A stretch of DNA of 64,000 bases, taken from positions 91,602-155,601 of the forward strand of contig JAVVEP010000005.1 in the NCBI GenBank assembly GCA_032250735.1. The letters run 5' to 3'. Source of the DNA: Gammaproteobacteria bacterium. Its GTDB lineage: Bacteria; Pseudomonadota; Gammaproteobacteria; SZUA-152. The notes under the pieces were generated by a model, which saw nothing but the letters and a program-made list of their open reading frames with translations, was not told the origin of the DNA and ran no database searches. Numbering within the stretch: position 1 is the first letter of the stretch; each line of letters starts with the position of its first letter. Of the stretch, positions 19,046-28,167 are shown piece after piece. The translations under genes and the position numbers were made by a program.

Positions 19046-19759
19046 ATGACAGTAAAAGAGAGAATCAGCGCCTGGGCCGAGCGTTACGAGGCCTTCTCCC
19101 TGCGCGAGCGCGGGCTGGTGATCGTGGGGGTGATCGTGCTGCTGTTCATGCTCTGGGACAGCCTGCTGATGACCCCGGAACAGCAGCGGCAGACCCAGAT
19201 CGTGGCGCAGATGCAGGCGATGAATCAGCAGACCGAGGCGCTCAATCTGCAGATTCAGGAGATGTCGGCGGCCCTGCGCGGCGGTGAGGCCCAGCATATC
19301 CAGGCGCGCACCACCGAGCTACAGGCGCTGTTGGCCGGTCTCGCACAGAAGCAGGAAGATCTGACCGTCCAGTTTATTCAGCCCCGACAGATGGCGGCGG
19401 TATTGCGCGACATGCTGTCGGCGGAGAACGGCCTGGAGCTGACCCAGTTGACCAGCCTGGGCGCGCAACCCCTGTTCCCCCCGACCCGTGAAGAGACCGA
19501 AAACGCGGCCACCAGTGCAGCGGCCCCGGCGCTAAAAACCACCGCCCGGTCGCATCGCCCGGAGGTCTTTAAACACGGCCTGCGGATCGTGTTCGAGGGC
19601 GACTATTTCAAGACCCTGGCCTATCTGCGCGCACTGGAGGCCATGCCCTGGCGCCTGTACTGGGACAACGTGGAATATCTGGTGACCGATTATCCCCGCG
19701 CACGGGTCGCCATCACGGTACACACCCTGAGCCTGCATGAGGGCTGGATCGGTGTGTAG
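19046..19759 (+). CDS. mshJ: MSHA biogenesis protein MshJ (PilO-like)
   Basis: 237 aa with an N-terminal transmembrane segment and coiled coil, in operon position. Confidence 0.5.
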   Translation: MTVKERISAWAERYEAFSLRERGLVIVGVIVLLFMLWDSLLMTPEQQRQTQIVAQMQAMNQQTEALNLQIQEMSAALRGGEAQHIQARTTELQALLAGLAQKQEDLTVQFIQPRQMAAVLRDMLSAENGLELTQLTSLGAQPLFPPTREETENAATSAAAPALKTTARSHRPEVFKHGLRIVFEGDYFKTLAYLRALEAMPWRLYWDNVEYLVTDYPRARVAITVHTLSLHEGWIGV

Positions 19760-20156
19760 CTATTTAAAGCTAGAGAAATATCTGCCGCCCGCGCTGTTGT
19801 CGCTGGTCCTGCTGGGAGTGTGGCCGGTGCAGGCGATGCAGGACCCCACCCGTCCGCCCGTGGCCGAGGCAACGGCCCGGGCGGTGGCTGTGCAGCAAAA
19901 CTCGTCGCCCCGCTGGACGCTGCATTCCACCCTGGTGTCCTCGGCCAGGCGCACGGCGGTGATTAATGATCGCGTGGTGAGTCAGGGTGATCGCATTAAC
20001 GGTGCGACCGTGGTGAGCATTCAGCCGGCGGCGGTGCTGCTGCGGGTCGCCGGTCGTGAGCTGAGATTGGGGATGGAAAAGAAAAATATTAAATCATTGT
20101 CGCGAACCGATTCCGCGGGACATTCCGCAGTACCTTCCGTAGTACAAGGGAAATGA
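19737..20156 (+). CDS. mshK: MSHA biogenesis protein MshK-like
   Basis: 139-aa small secreted protein immediately upstream of the secretin gene. Confidence 0.4.
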   Translation: MRAGSVCSYLKLEKYLPPALLSLVLLGVWPVQAMQDPTRPPVAEATARAVAVQQNSSPRWTLHSTLVSSARRTAVINDRVVSQGDRINGATVVSIQPAAVLLRVAGRELRLGMEKKNIKSLSRTDSAGHSAVPSVVQGK

Positions 20157-21961
20157 AGATGCCGATTAACACCCCTGTAAAAGACCGCCGGCCGCCGGCT
20201 GTGCCCCTGTTGACGCCCCTGCTGCTGACCACCCTGCTGCTGACGGCCTGTGCCGGTCAGCCGCCCCGCGGCGGGAGTGTTGCCGATGACATCAACCAGA
20301 GCCTGCAGCACAGTGCGCAACAGTCGGCCGCCACCGCCGCCCAGCCGCTGACGCCGCCGCCGGCGGTGGATGCCGCGCTGTTGCCGCCATTGAATGTCGA
20401 GCTGAGCGGCGTGCGCCAGGAGCCGGTGGCGCGGCGCTTCGATGTGGCGGTCAATAACGCCAGTGCCAAAAGCTTTTTCATGAGCCTGGTGGAGGGCACG
20501 CCCTACAATATGGTCGCCCACCCGGCCATCAAGGGCAGGATTTCACTCAACCTGAAAAACGTCACCATCGACGAGGTGATGGAGACGGTGCGCAATGTGT
20601 TTGGTTATGAATACAAACGCACCCGGCACGGTTTCGAGGTGCTGCCCGCCGCGCTGCGCTCGCATGTGTTCAGTATCGATTACCTCAATGTGCGGCGTTC
20701 CGGCCTGTCCAATGTGCAGGTCAGCTCCGGCCAGGTGTCATCGGCCCAGAACGGCAACTCCGGTTCAGGTAGTAGCAGTGGCGACTCCGGTAGCAACTCA
20801 GGTAGTAATTCAGCTAGTAATTCAGGTAGTAACAACGGCAACGCCAGTGTCTCCGGCAGCCAGATCAGCACGCATTCATCGTCCGATTTCTGGGTCGAGC
20901 TGACCGCGGCCCTGGAGGCCATTATCGGCAACGAGGGGGGCCGCAAGGTCATCGTCAATCCGCAGTCGGGCATCGTGGTGGTGCGCGCCATGCCGGCGGA
21001 GCTGAGGGCGATATCGGAATACCTGCACAGCACGCAAACGGTGATTGAGCGCCAGGTGATCCTGGAGGCCAAGATCCTGGAGGTGGAGCTGAGCGACGGG
21101 TTCCAGTCGGGGGTGAACTGGTCGGCGCTGGGCAAGGGCAGCGGCAGCGATACGGTGCTCGCAGGGCAGTTCGGCGGCGCGACGGTGTTTGATACCGGCT
21201 ATAGCAATCTACAGGGCCAGGTCAACGCCCTCAATCCCGCCAATCTGGCCGCGGTGCGTTCCGATGTCGCCTCGGCCTTCGGCGGCATGTTTGCCATGAG
21301 TCTGAATCTCGGCGACTTCACCGGGTTTCTGGAATTTCTGGAGACCCAGGGCGATGTGCATGTGCTGTCCAGCCCACGGGTGTCGACGGTGAATAATCAG
21401 AAGGCGGTGATCAAGGTAGGCTCGGATGAATTTTTCGTCACCGATGTGGACACCAATGACAACACTACGGCGGGGTCGACCACCACCAACCAGTCAGTGG
21501 ATATCGAGCTGACCCCGTTCTTCTCCGGCGTGGCCCTGGATGTGATCCCGCAGATCAGCGCCGATGGCGTGGTGACCCTGCATATCCACCCCTCGGTCAG
21601 CGAGGTGAATGAACGCATCAAACAGATCAGCCTGAATGCCAGCAACCAGCTGACCATCCCGCTGGCGCTGAGCACCATCCGCGAATCCGACAGCATTGTG
21701 CGCGCCCGTAGCGGGCAGGTGGTGGTGATCGGCGGCCTGATGCAGAACCAGACCCGGGACAGCACCTCATCCGTGCCCCTGCTGGGTGACCTGCCGCTGA
21801 TCGGCGGCCTGTTCCGTCACAAGCAACAGGTCACCCGCAAGAGCGAGCTGGTGATCCTGCTGCGGCCCATCGTGGTGGAAAACGATAAGACCTGGGCCGA
21901 TGAGATCGCCAAGACCACCGGCAACTTCGGCAATATCACCCAGTTCAGCCAGGACCACTAG
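20153..21961 (+). CDS. mshL: MSHA secretin MshL (GspD/PilQ secretin family)
   Basis: 602 aa with a lipoprotein-like signal and a secretin C-domain (VIGGLMQNQT...VPLLGDLPLIGGLFR). An internal Ser/Gly/Asn low-complexity linker is present. Confidence 0.8.
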   Translation: MKMPINTPVKDRRPPAVPLLTPLLLTTLLLTACAGQPPRGGSVADDINQSLQHSAQQSAATAAQPLTPPPAVDAALLPPLNVELSGVRQEPVARRFDVAVNNASAKSFFMSLVEGTPYNMVAHPAIKGRISLNLKNVTIDEVMETVRNVFGYEYKRTRHGFEVLPAALRSHVFSIDYLNVRRSGLSNVQVSSGQVSSAQNGNSGSGSSSGDSGSNSGSNSASNSGSNNGNASVSGSQISTHSSSDFWVELTAALEAIIGNEGGRKVIVNPQSGIVVVRAMPAELRAISEYLHSTQTVIERQVILEAKILEVELSDGFQSGVNWSALGKGSGSDTVLAGQFGGATVFDTGYSNLQGQVNALNPANLAAVRSDVASAFGGMFAMSLNLGDFTGFLEFLETQGDVHVLSSPRVSTVNNQKAVIKVGSDEFFVTDVDTNDNTTAGSTTTNQSVDIELTPFFSGVALDVIPQISADGVVTLHIHPSVSEVNERIKQISLNASNQLTIPLALSTIRESDSIVRARSGQVVVIGGLMQNQTRDSTSSVPLLGDLPLIGGLFRHKQQVTRKSELVILLRPIVVENDKTWADEIAKTTGNFGNITQFSQDH

Positions 21962-21963
21962 GC

Positions 21964-22881
21964 ATGTATCGGCAACACTTTGCACTGCGCGAGATGCCCT
22001 TCGCCATCACCCCGGATACCAGCTATTTCTACAGCTACGGCGTCTATCAGGAGGCCCTCAACGTGCTGCTGGTGGCGCTGCGCAGCGGCGAGGGCTTTAT
22101 CAAGATCAGCGGCGAGGTGGGGACGGGAAAGACCCTGCTGTGCCGCAAGCTGCTCAACACCCTCGGCGACGGTTTTGTCACCGCCTATCTGCCCAACCCC
22201 TGCCTGACCCCCGCCGGATTACGCATGGCGCTGGCCGATGAGCTGTCCATCCACTATGCCCGCAACATGGGCCAGCACCGCATTCTGCAACTCATCAACG
22301 AGCGCCTGATCGAACTCAACGCTCAGGGAAAACAGGTGGTGTTGCTGCTGGACGAGGCCCAGGCCTTGCCCGATGACAGCATGGAGGCGCTGCGCCTGCT
22401 GACCAATCTGGAAACCGAAAAGAGCAAGCTGCTGCAGGTGGTGCTGTTCGGCCAGCCCGAGCTGGATGATCGGCTGGCCGCAAGCCGGCTGCGCCAACTG
22501 CGCCAGCGCATCACCTTCTCCTACGACCTGGACGTGATCGATCGCGCCGGACTCGACGGCTATCTCGGCCACCGCCTGCTGGTGGCCGGCTATAACGGCC
22601 GACCCCTGTTCAGCCGCGCGGCGATGGATGCCCTGCACCGGGACAGCCGCGGCGTGCCCCGGCTGATCAATGTGCTGGCCCACAAGGCGCTGATGGTGGC
22701 CTACGGCAAGGGCGTGTTTTGCGTCGATGCCCCGCATGTCGCTATCGCCGCCGCCGATACCGAGGCGGTGGTGCCGATCGTTGCCGGCGGATTGTCAGGA
22801 CGCCTCACCCGCGTCGGCGCCGCCGTCGCCAGCGTGATGGGCGCCGCGGCGGCCGCGGCGGCCATGAGCCTGGGGGTCTGA
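21964..22881 (+). CDS. mshM: MSHA biogenesis ATPase-like protein MshM (ExeA-type AAA)
   Basis: Walker A motif GEVGTGKT and Walker B motif LLLDEAQ. Confidence 0.7.
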   Translation: MYRQHFALREMPFAITPDTSYFYSYGVYQEALNVLLVALRSGEGFIKISGEVGTGKTLLCRKLLNTLGDGFVTAYLPNPCLTPAGLRMALADELSIHYARNMGQHRILQLINERLIELNAQGKQVVLLLDEAQALPDDSMEALRLLTNLETEKSKLLQVVLFGQPELDDRLAASRLRQLRQRITFSYDLDVIDRAGLDGYLGHRLLVAGYNGRPLFSRAAMDALHRDSRGVPRLINVLAHKALMVAYGKGVFCVDAPHVAIAAADTEAVVPIVAGGLSGRLTRVGAAVASVMGAAAAAAAMSLGV

Positions 22882-22884
22882 GGC

Positions 22885-24219
22885 ATGAGCCTGGTGAATC
22901 AGATGCTGCAGGATCTGGAACAGCGCCGCACGGCGGAGGCCGGCGCGTCGCCCCTGAGTGGCCTGAGCGCCAGCGGTGCCGGGGTGCTGTCCGGCGCATC
23001 GATCAACTATCTATGGCTGGGCGCGAGCTTGGCGCTGATCTTCGCCGCCGTGTTTGTGCTGGTGTATCTGTTCGGGCGCGAGCCGTCGCTGGCGGCGGAA
23101 CCGGCCATGAGCCAGAAGGCCGGGACCCGGAATACCGAGGCTCAAAATATAACCACCCGGAACGTCATGCCGCTGGCCGTCGCGCCCGTAGCGGAACCCG
23201 AATCAGTGTCGCCACCGGTGGTGGCCGCGCAGCGCGAGAAGGCGGCCCCCATCGCCGCTGCGCAACCGCCAACGCCGGCGACCCAGGCCCGGCCCGCGAT
23301 GGCCACAACTACAGCCACAACTACAGCCACGGCGAGTGCCCCGGTGCTGGCCATAACCCCCCATAGCGATACGACAGCGGAGGCCGGCGCGGTACGGGTC
23401 ACGGCCGGACCGGACGCCACGTCATCCGCCAATCCGCGCTTGTCGCAAACACAGTCGCAACCGCAACCGCAACCGGAAGCAAAGCTGGAAGCCCAGCCGG
23501 AACCAGCGTTGGAATTACAGGCTGAGCTTCAGCCGGAACTACAGTCGGAACTACAGCCGGAACCGATGAACAAGACCCTGCGCCCGCTGACCCGCGAGCA
23601 GCAGGCCCGGCAAACCTTCCAGCAGGCGGTGCTGCTGCTGGGCCGGGGGGATGAGTCGGGCGCGGAACAGGCCCTGCACAAGACCCTCGCCGTGGAGCCC
23701 GCCCATCTGCGCGCCAGAGAGACACTGTCCGCCCTGTTATTGAATACCGGGCGGGTGAGCGAGGCGGCAGACGGCCTGCGCGAGGGCCTGCGCCTGCAAC
23801 CCACGGCCACGGCCCTGGCCAAGCTCTACGCCCGCGTGCTGGTGGATCAGGGCGACAGCGAGGCGGCGGTGGCCGTGCTGGAACAGGCGCCCCCCACGCA
23901 GGCCGCCGATGCGGACTATTACGCCCTGCTGGCCGCCCTGTACCGCGCGGCCGGCCGGCACGCACAGGCCTCGCAGGTCTATCAACAACTCTTGAAGGGG
24001 CGCCCGGGTGTGGCGGCCTGGTGGCTGGGGCTGGCCCTGTCGGAGGATGCCATGGGTGCGCTGCCCCAGGCGCTGGAGGCCTATCGGCGCGCGCATCGCG
24101 CGGGTGGCCTGAAGCCCGAGGTGCTGGCCTATGTGCAGTCGCGCATTGCGGCGCTGGACGCCCGCGTGGCGGAGACCGCGCCGCCTGCGGCCAATGACAG
24201 TGATGGATTCGGGGACTGA
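22885..24219 (+). CDS. mshN: MSHA biogenesis TPR-repeat protein MshN
   Basis: 444 aa with an N-terminal transmembrane segment, a Thr/Ala/Pro/Gln-rich repeat linker and C-terminal TPR repeats. Confidence 0.6.
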   Translation: MSLVNQMLQDLEQRRTAEAGASPLSGLSASGAGVLSGASINYLWLGASLALIFAAVFVLVYLFGREPSLAAEPAMSQKAGTRNTEAQNITTRNVMPLAVAPVAEPESVSPPVVAAQREKAAPIAAAQPPTPATQARPAMATTTATTTATASAPVLAITPHSDTTAEAGAVRVTAGPDATSSANPRLSQTQSQPQPQPEAKLEAQPEPALELQAELQPELQSELQPEPMNKTLRPLTREQQARQTFQQAVLLLGRGDESGAEQALHKTLAVEPAHLRARETLSALLLNTGRVSEAADGLREGLRLQPTATALAKLYARVLVDQGDSEAAVAVLEQAPPTQAADADYYALLAALYRAAGRHAQASQVYQQLLKGRPGVAAWWLGLALSEDAMGALPQALEAYRRAHRAGGLKPEVLAYVQSRIAALDARVAETAPPAANDSDGFGD

Positions 24220-24221
24220 TT

Positions 24222-25928
24222 ATGTCGGAACGGCCACAACGTATTCGCCTGGGTGATCTGCTGGTTGAACACAAACTGATTTCGGAAGTGCAGCTCTCTG
24301 CGGCACTGGATGAGCAGAAAAAGTCCGGCCACAAACTGGGGCGTGTGCTGATCGAGAACGGCTATGTCAAGGAAGACGAGGTGTTGGGTCTTCTGTCACG
24401 ACAGCTGAATGTGCCCTTTGTGGATCTCAGTACCTTTCAGTTCAGACAGGAAGTCGTCAACAAATTGCCTGAAACAGCGGCGCGTCGCTTCCGCGCGATT
24501 GCCCTGGAAGACACGCCCGATGGCCTGCTGGTGGGCATGGCCGATCCGACCAATATTTTTGCCTACGACGATTTGGTTCGCGTGGTGAAAGGTCCAATCA
24601 AGATGGCCGTGGTCAAAGAGGGCGACCTGGTGGCTGCCATTGATCGTGTTTATCAGCACGGCTCGGAAATTCAAAGTCTCGCCACGGAAATCGGCGAGGA
24701 CATGGCCGAGAATGTGTTCGATCTGGGCGCCCTCAATCAGGCGGTCAGCAAGTCGGATGCGCCAGTGGTGCGGCTGATCGAGACGGTGTTTGAAGACGCC
24801 GTGGCGGCCAAGGCCTCCGATATCCATATCGAGCCGGACGAATCAGTGTTGCGGATTCGCCGCCGTATCGACGGGGTGCTGCATGAACAGGTGATGGATG
24901 AAAAGGCCATCGTGCCCGCGCTGGTCTCGCGCCTGAAACTGATGGCCAGTCTGGATATCTCCGAACGCCGCCTGCCGCAGGACGGGCGTTTTAATATCAA
25001 GCTCAAGAACAAATCCATCGATGTGCGTTTTTCCACCCTGCCGACCCAGTATGGCGAGGCAGTGGTGATGCGTCTGCTGGATCACTCCGACGGCGTGCAG
25101 GGGCTGGATCGTATCGGCCTGTCGGATGTGATCCGGGCGCGCCTGCAAAAGGCGATCCATCGCCCGCACGGCCTGCTGCTGGTCACCGGCCCAACTGGAA
25201 GTGGCAAGACCACCACCCTGTATGCGGCGCTCAATGAATTGAATACGCCGGAAAAGAAGATCATCACCGTGGAGGATCCGGTGGAGTATCGCCTGCCGCG
25301 CATCAACCAGGTGCAGGTCAATCAAAAGGTGGGGCTGGATTTTGCGCGGGTGCTGCGCACCACCCTGCGCCAGGACCCGGACATTATCCTGGTGGGCGAG
25401 ATCCGCGATCAGGAAACGGCGGAGATCGCCCTGCGCGCCTCCATCACCGGCCATCTGGTGATGTCCACCCTGCACACCAACGATGCGATCAGTACCGCCC
25501 TGCGCCTGGTGGACATGGGCGTGCAGGGATTTCTGGTGGCCTCCGCGGTGCACGCCATTGTGGCGCAGCGACTGGTGCGACGGGTGTGCGAGAAATGTGT
25601 CGCCCCCCAGGCGCTGGATGCCGGCCAGCTGAGCTGGCTGAAGAACACGGTGGGTGAGGAGCGTGCGGCCACTATGCAGTTTTCGCACGGCGCGGGTTGT
25701 CCCGCCTGCGGCCACAGCGGTTATAAGGGGCGCGCCGCCGTGCATGAAATGCTGGACATCACCGCCGAGCTTGCCGACGCCCTGCGCAACGAGGACTACG
25801 TTACCTTCAAGCAGCGCGCCCTGGCGCAGCCACAGTTTATCCCGCTGGTGGAAGGCGCCCTGGCGCTGACCCAGCAGGGCGTGACCTCGATCGATGAGGT
25901 GATTCGCATCAGTGGCTGGATAGACTAG
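24222..25928 (+). CDS. mshE: Type IV pilus assembly ATPase MshE (GspE family) with an N-terminal c-di-GMP-binding MshEN-type domain
   Basis: Walker A motif GPTGSGKTTT, Asp/His boxes and a tetracysteine motif (CEKC...CPAC), plus the N-terminal MshEN-type domain. Confidence 0.85.
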   Translation: MSERPQRIRLGDLLVEHKLISEVQLSAALDEQKKSGHKLGRVLIENGYVKEDEVLGLLSRQLNVPFVDLSTFQFRQEVVNKLPETAARRFRAIALEDTPDGLLVGMADPTNIFAYDDLVRVVKGPIKMAVVKEGDLVAAIDRVYQHGSEIQSLATEIGEDMAENVFDLGALNQAVSKSDAPVVRLIETVFEDAVAAKASDIHIEPDESVLRIRRRIDGVLHEQVMDEKAIVPALVSRLKLMASLDISERRLPQDGRFNIKLKNKSIDVRFSTLPTQYGEAVVMRLLDHSDGVQGLDRIGLSDVIRARLQKAIHRPHGLLLVTGPTGSGKTTTLYAALNELNTPEKKIITVEDPVEYRLPRINQVQVNQKVGLDFARVLRTTLRQDPDIILVGEIRDQETAEIALRASITGHLVMSTLHTNDAISTALRLVDMGVQGFLVASAVHAIVAQRLVRRVCEKCVAPQALDAGQLSWLKNTVGEERAATMQFSHGAGCPACGHSGYKGRAAVHEMLDITAELADALRNEDYVTFKQRALAQPQFIPLVEGALALTQQGVTSIDEVIRISGWID

Positions 25929-26090
25929 CCCATGCCACTGTATCAATACAAAGCGAGTAGGGTGGACACGCTTTTTGTGCCCACGGAATTTCGCTTGCCC
26001 GCTTGCCTACAAATGGTAGTGCAAGCGCCGCAGCAATTCGTGGGCACAAAAGACGTGCTCACCCTACATGCTGGGTCGAATAGCTAGCCC

Positions 26091-27311
26091 ATGCCACTCT
26101 ATCAATACAAGGCCAGGGGGCGGCGCGGCGATGCGATTGAGGGCAGCATCGAGGCGGTGAGTTCCGATGCGGTGGCCACCCAGTTGCTGGAGGGCGGCAT
26201 CACGCCGATCGAGATCGCGGTGGCGAAGACCGGCGCCGCCAGCGAAATCAATTTCGGCAAGCTGTTCGCGGTGAAGGTCACGGACACCGACGTGATCCAG
26301 TTCTCCCGCCAGATGTACAGCCTCACCAAGGCCGGGGTGCCGATGCTCAGTGCCCTGCATGGTCTCTCGCAGTCCACCAAGAATGTCACCCTGGCCGAGG
26401 CGGTGCGTAATGTGACCACCAGTCTGGAGGCTGGCCGGGATCTGGCCACCTCGTTCAGCGAACACCCGGAAATCTTTTCCCTGTTTTATGTTTCCATGAT
26501 CCGCATCGGTGAGACCACCGGTCAGCTGGACGCGATATTTCTGCAACTCGCCCGCTACATGGAACGCGACAAACGCACCCGCAGCCAGATCAAGTCGGCC
26601 TTGCGTTATCCCAGCTTTGTGTTGATCGCCATTACCATCGCCATCGCCATCATCAATCTGTTTGTGATCCCCACCTTTGCCGGCGTGTTTGCCAAGTTCG
26701 GCTCGGAACTGCCCTTCGCCACGCGCATCCTGCTGGAGACCTCCAACTTTACCGTGGCCCACTGGCCGGAGCTGCTGGGCGTCACCATCGTGGGATTTTT
26801 TGGCGTGAGCCGTTACATCAACACCGATGAGGGCCGCTATCGCTGGGACCGGCTCAAACTCAGGCTGCCGCTGGCCGGCGAGATCATCTATCGCGCCACA
26901 CTGGCCCGCTTCTCACGCCTGTTCGCCATGTCCACCGGGGCCGGCGTGCCCCTGATCACCGCCCTCACCGTAGTGGCCAGGGCGCTGGACAATAAATATG
27001 TGGAAGAGCGCATCCTGGGCATGCAGACCGGCATCGAGCGCGGTGAATCCATCACCCGCACGGCGGCGGCCACCGGGCTGTTTGATGCCCTGGTGATGCA
27101 GATGATGGCGGTGGGCGAGGAGACCGGCTCCATCGATACGCTGCTGGCCGAGGTCGCGGAATTTTATGAGGCCGAGGTGGAAAATGATATCGACAAGCTC
27201 AGCGCCCGCATCGAACCCATTCTGACCGTGTTCATCGCCGGCATCGTGCTGGTGCTGGCCCTGGGTGTGTTCCTGCCGATGTGGAACCTGGCCGAGGTGG
27301 CGATTAAGTGA
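26091..27311 (+). CDS. mshG: Type IV pilus inner-membrane platform protein MshG (GspF family)
   Basis: 406 aa with the duplicated GspF fold and three transmembrane segments. Confidence 0.8.
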   Translation: MPLYQYKARGRRGDAIEGSIEAVSSDAVATQLLEGGITPIEIAVAKTGAASEINFGKLFAVKVTDTDVIQFSRQMYSLTKAGVPMLSALHGLSQSTKNVTLAEAVRNVTTSLEAGRDLATSFSEHPEIFSLFYVSMIRIGETTGQLDAIFLQLARYMERDKRTRSQIKSALRYPSFVLIAITIAIAIINLFVIPTFAGVFAKFGSELPFATRILLETSNFTVAHWPELLGVTIVGFFGVSRYINTDEGRYRWDRLKLRLPLAGEIIYRATLARFSRLFAMSTGAGVPLITALTVVARALDNKYVEERILGMQTGIERGESITRTAAATGLFDALVMQMMAVGEETGSIDTLLAEVAEFYEAEVENDIDKLSARIEPILTVFIAGIVLVLALGVFLPMWNLAEVAIK

Positions 27312-27607
27312 TGGCCGAGGAAAGAGGAAAGGGAAAAGATGAAAGGTGAGAAAGACCGCGTGAAATTGCGGCGAAGCTGCTGTACCGGATTTTATGAATC
27401 GCGCGCCCAGAGGGCGCCAGCAATCCCTTGTATCTTTACTCTTGTATCTTTTCTCTTTTTTATTGTAATTGGTTAAAGGTTTTTTCAGTCAGTACCGATA
27501 GTTACAGCGAATAGGCAATGAATAAAATTACCTCAGTGCCGGCGCGTCAATCGCCCCACCCATTTGATAGACAGTGACAAACAAGGCGCGAGCCTGGAGA
27601 AGAGAAA

Positions 27608-28009
27608 ATGAAAAGACAAAGTGGTTTTACCCTGATTGAACTGGTGATGGTGATCGTGATCCTCGGCATCCTCGCGGCGACGGCATTGCCGAAGTTTGCG
27701 GATCTTTCAACAGAAGCAGAGGTTGCGGCGGCGAACGGTGTATTTGGTGCTGCCAATTCTGCCGCGGCAATCAATTATTCGGCCGGTTTGGTGGGCGCGA
27801 CTCAGCCCGCAGGTGGGTTGATTACCAATGGTACGTCGCTCGGAGCTGCCCTGGACGGGATTCCCGAGGGCTGGATGGCAGACGCATCTGGTTTGTGCAT
27901 GGATACGAATGCAAGTGGTAGTTGTAATGCTGGTGATACATACATGATTACCGTGACTACCGCAGAGGTTGCCAATACGAATAAGGCTGCATTGTCGAAA
28001 AACTGGTAA
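27608..28009 (+). CDS. mshA: MSHA-type major pilin (prepilin with N-terminal cleavage/methylation domain)
   Basis: MKRQSGFTLIELVMVIVILGILAA leader and cleavage site. 133 aa, preceded by a long AT-rich promoter region. Confidence 0.7.
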   Translation: MKRQSGFTLIELVMVIVILGILAATALPKFADLSTEAEVAAANGVFGAANSAAAINYSAGLVGATQPAGGLITNGTSLGAALDGIPEGWMADASGLCMDTNASGSCNAGDTYMITVTTAEVANTNKAALSKNW

Positions 28010-28167
28010 AAGGTTGTTCGCTGTCTAAAGCTGGTGAATGATCTGGACAATCATCCTGAATGAACTGTTAGCAATTCAGTGCGATGAAAGAAATAAATAA
28101 TATAGCCAGGTCGCGTGAGCAACCTGGCTTATTTTTTGGGATCAGGACTGTCGGGCTGGATGCGACG

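Noticed and set aside
23399-24334. 311-aa ORF antisense to mshN and the mshE start
   Set aside because: Pro/Arg/Ala-rich low-complexity translation. It overlaps two well-supported sense genes.
24843-25946. 367-aa ORF antisense to mshE
   Set aside because: The GspE-family ATPase on the sense strand has all conserved motifs, so this antisense frame is an artefact.
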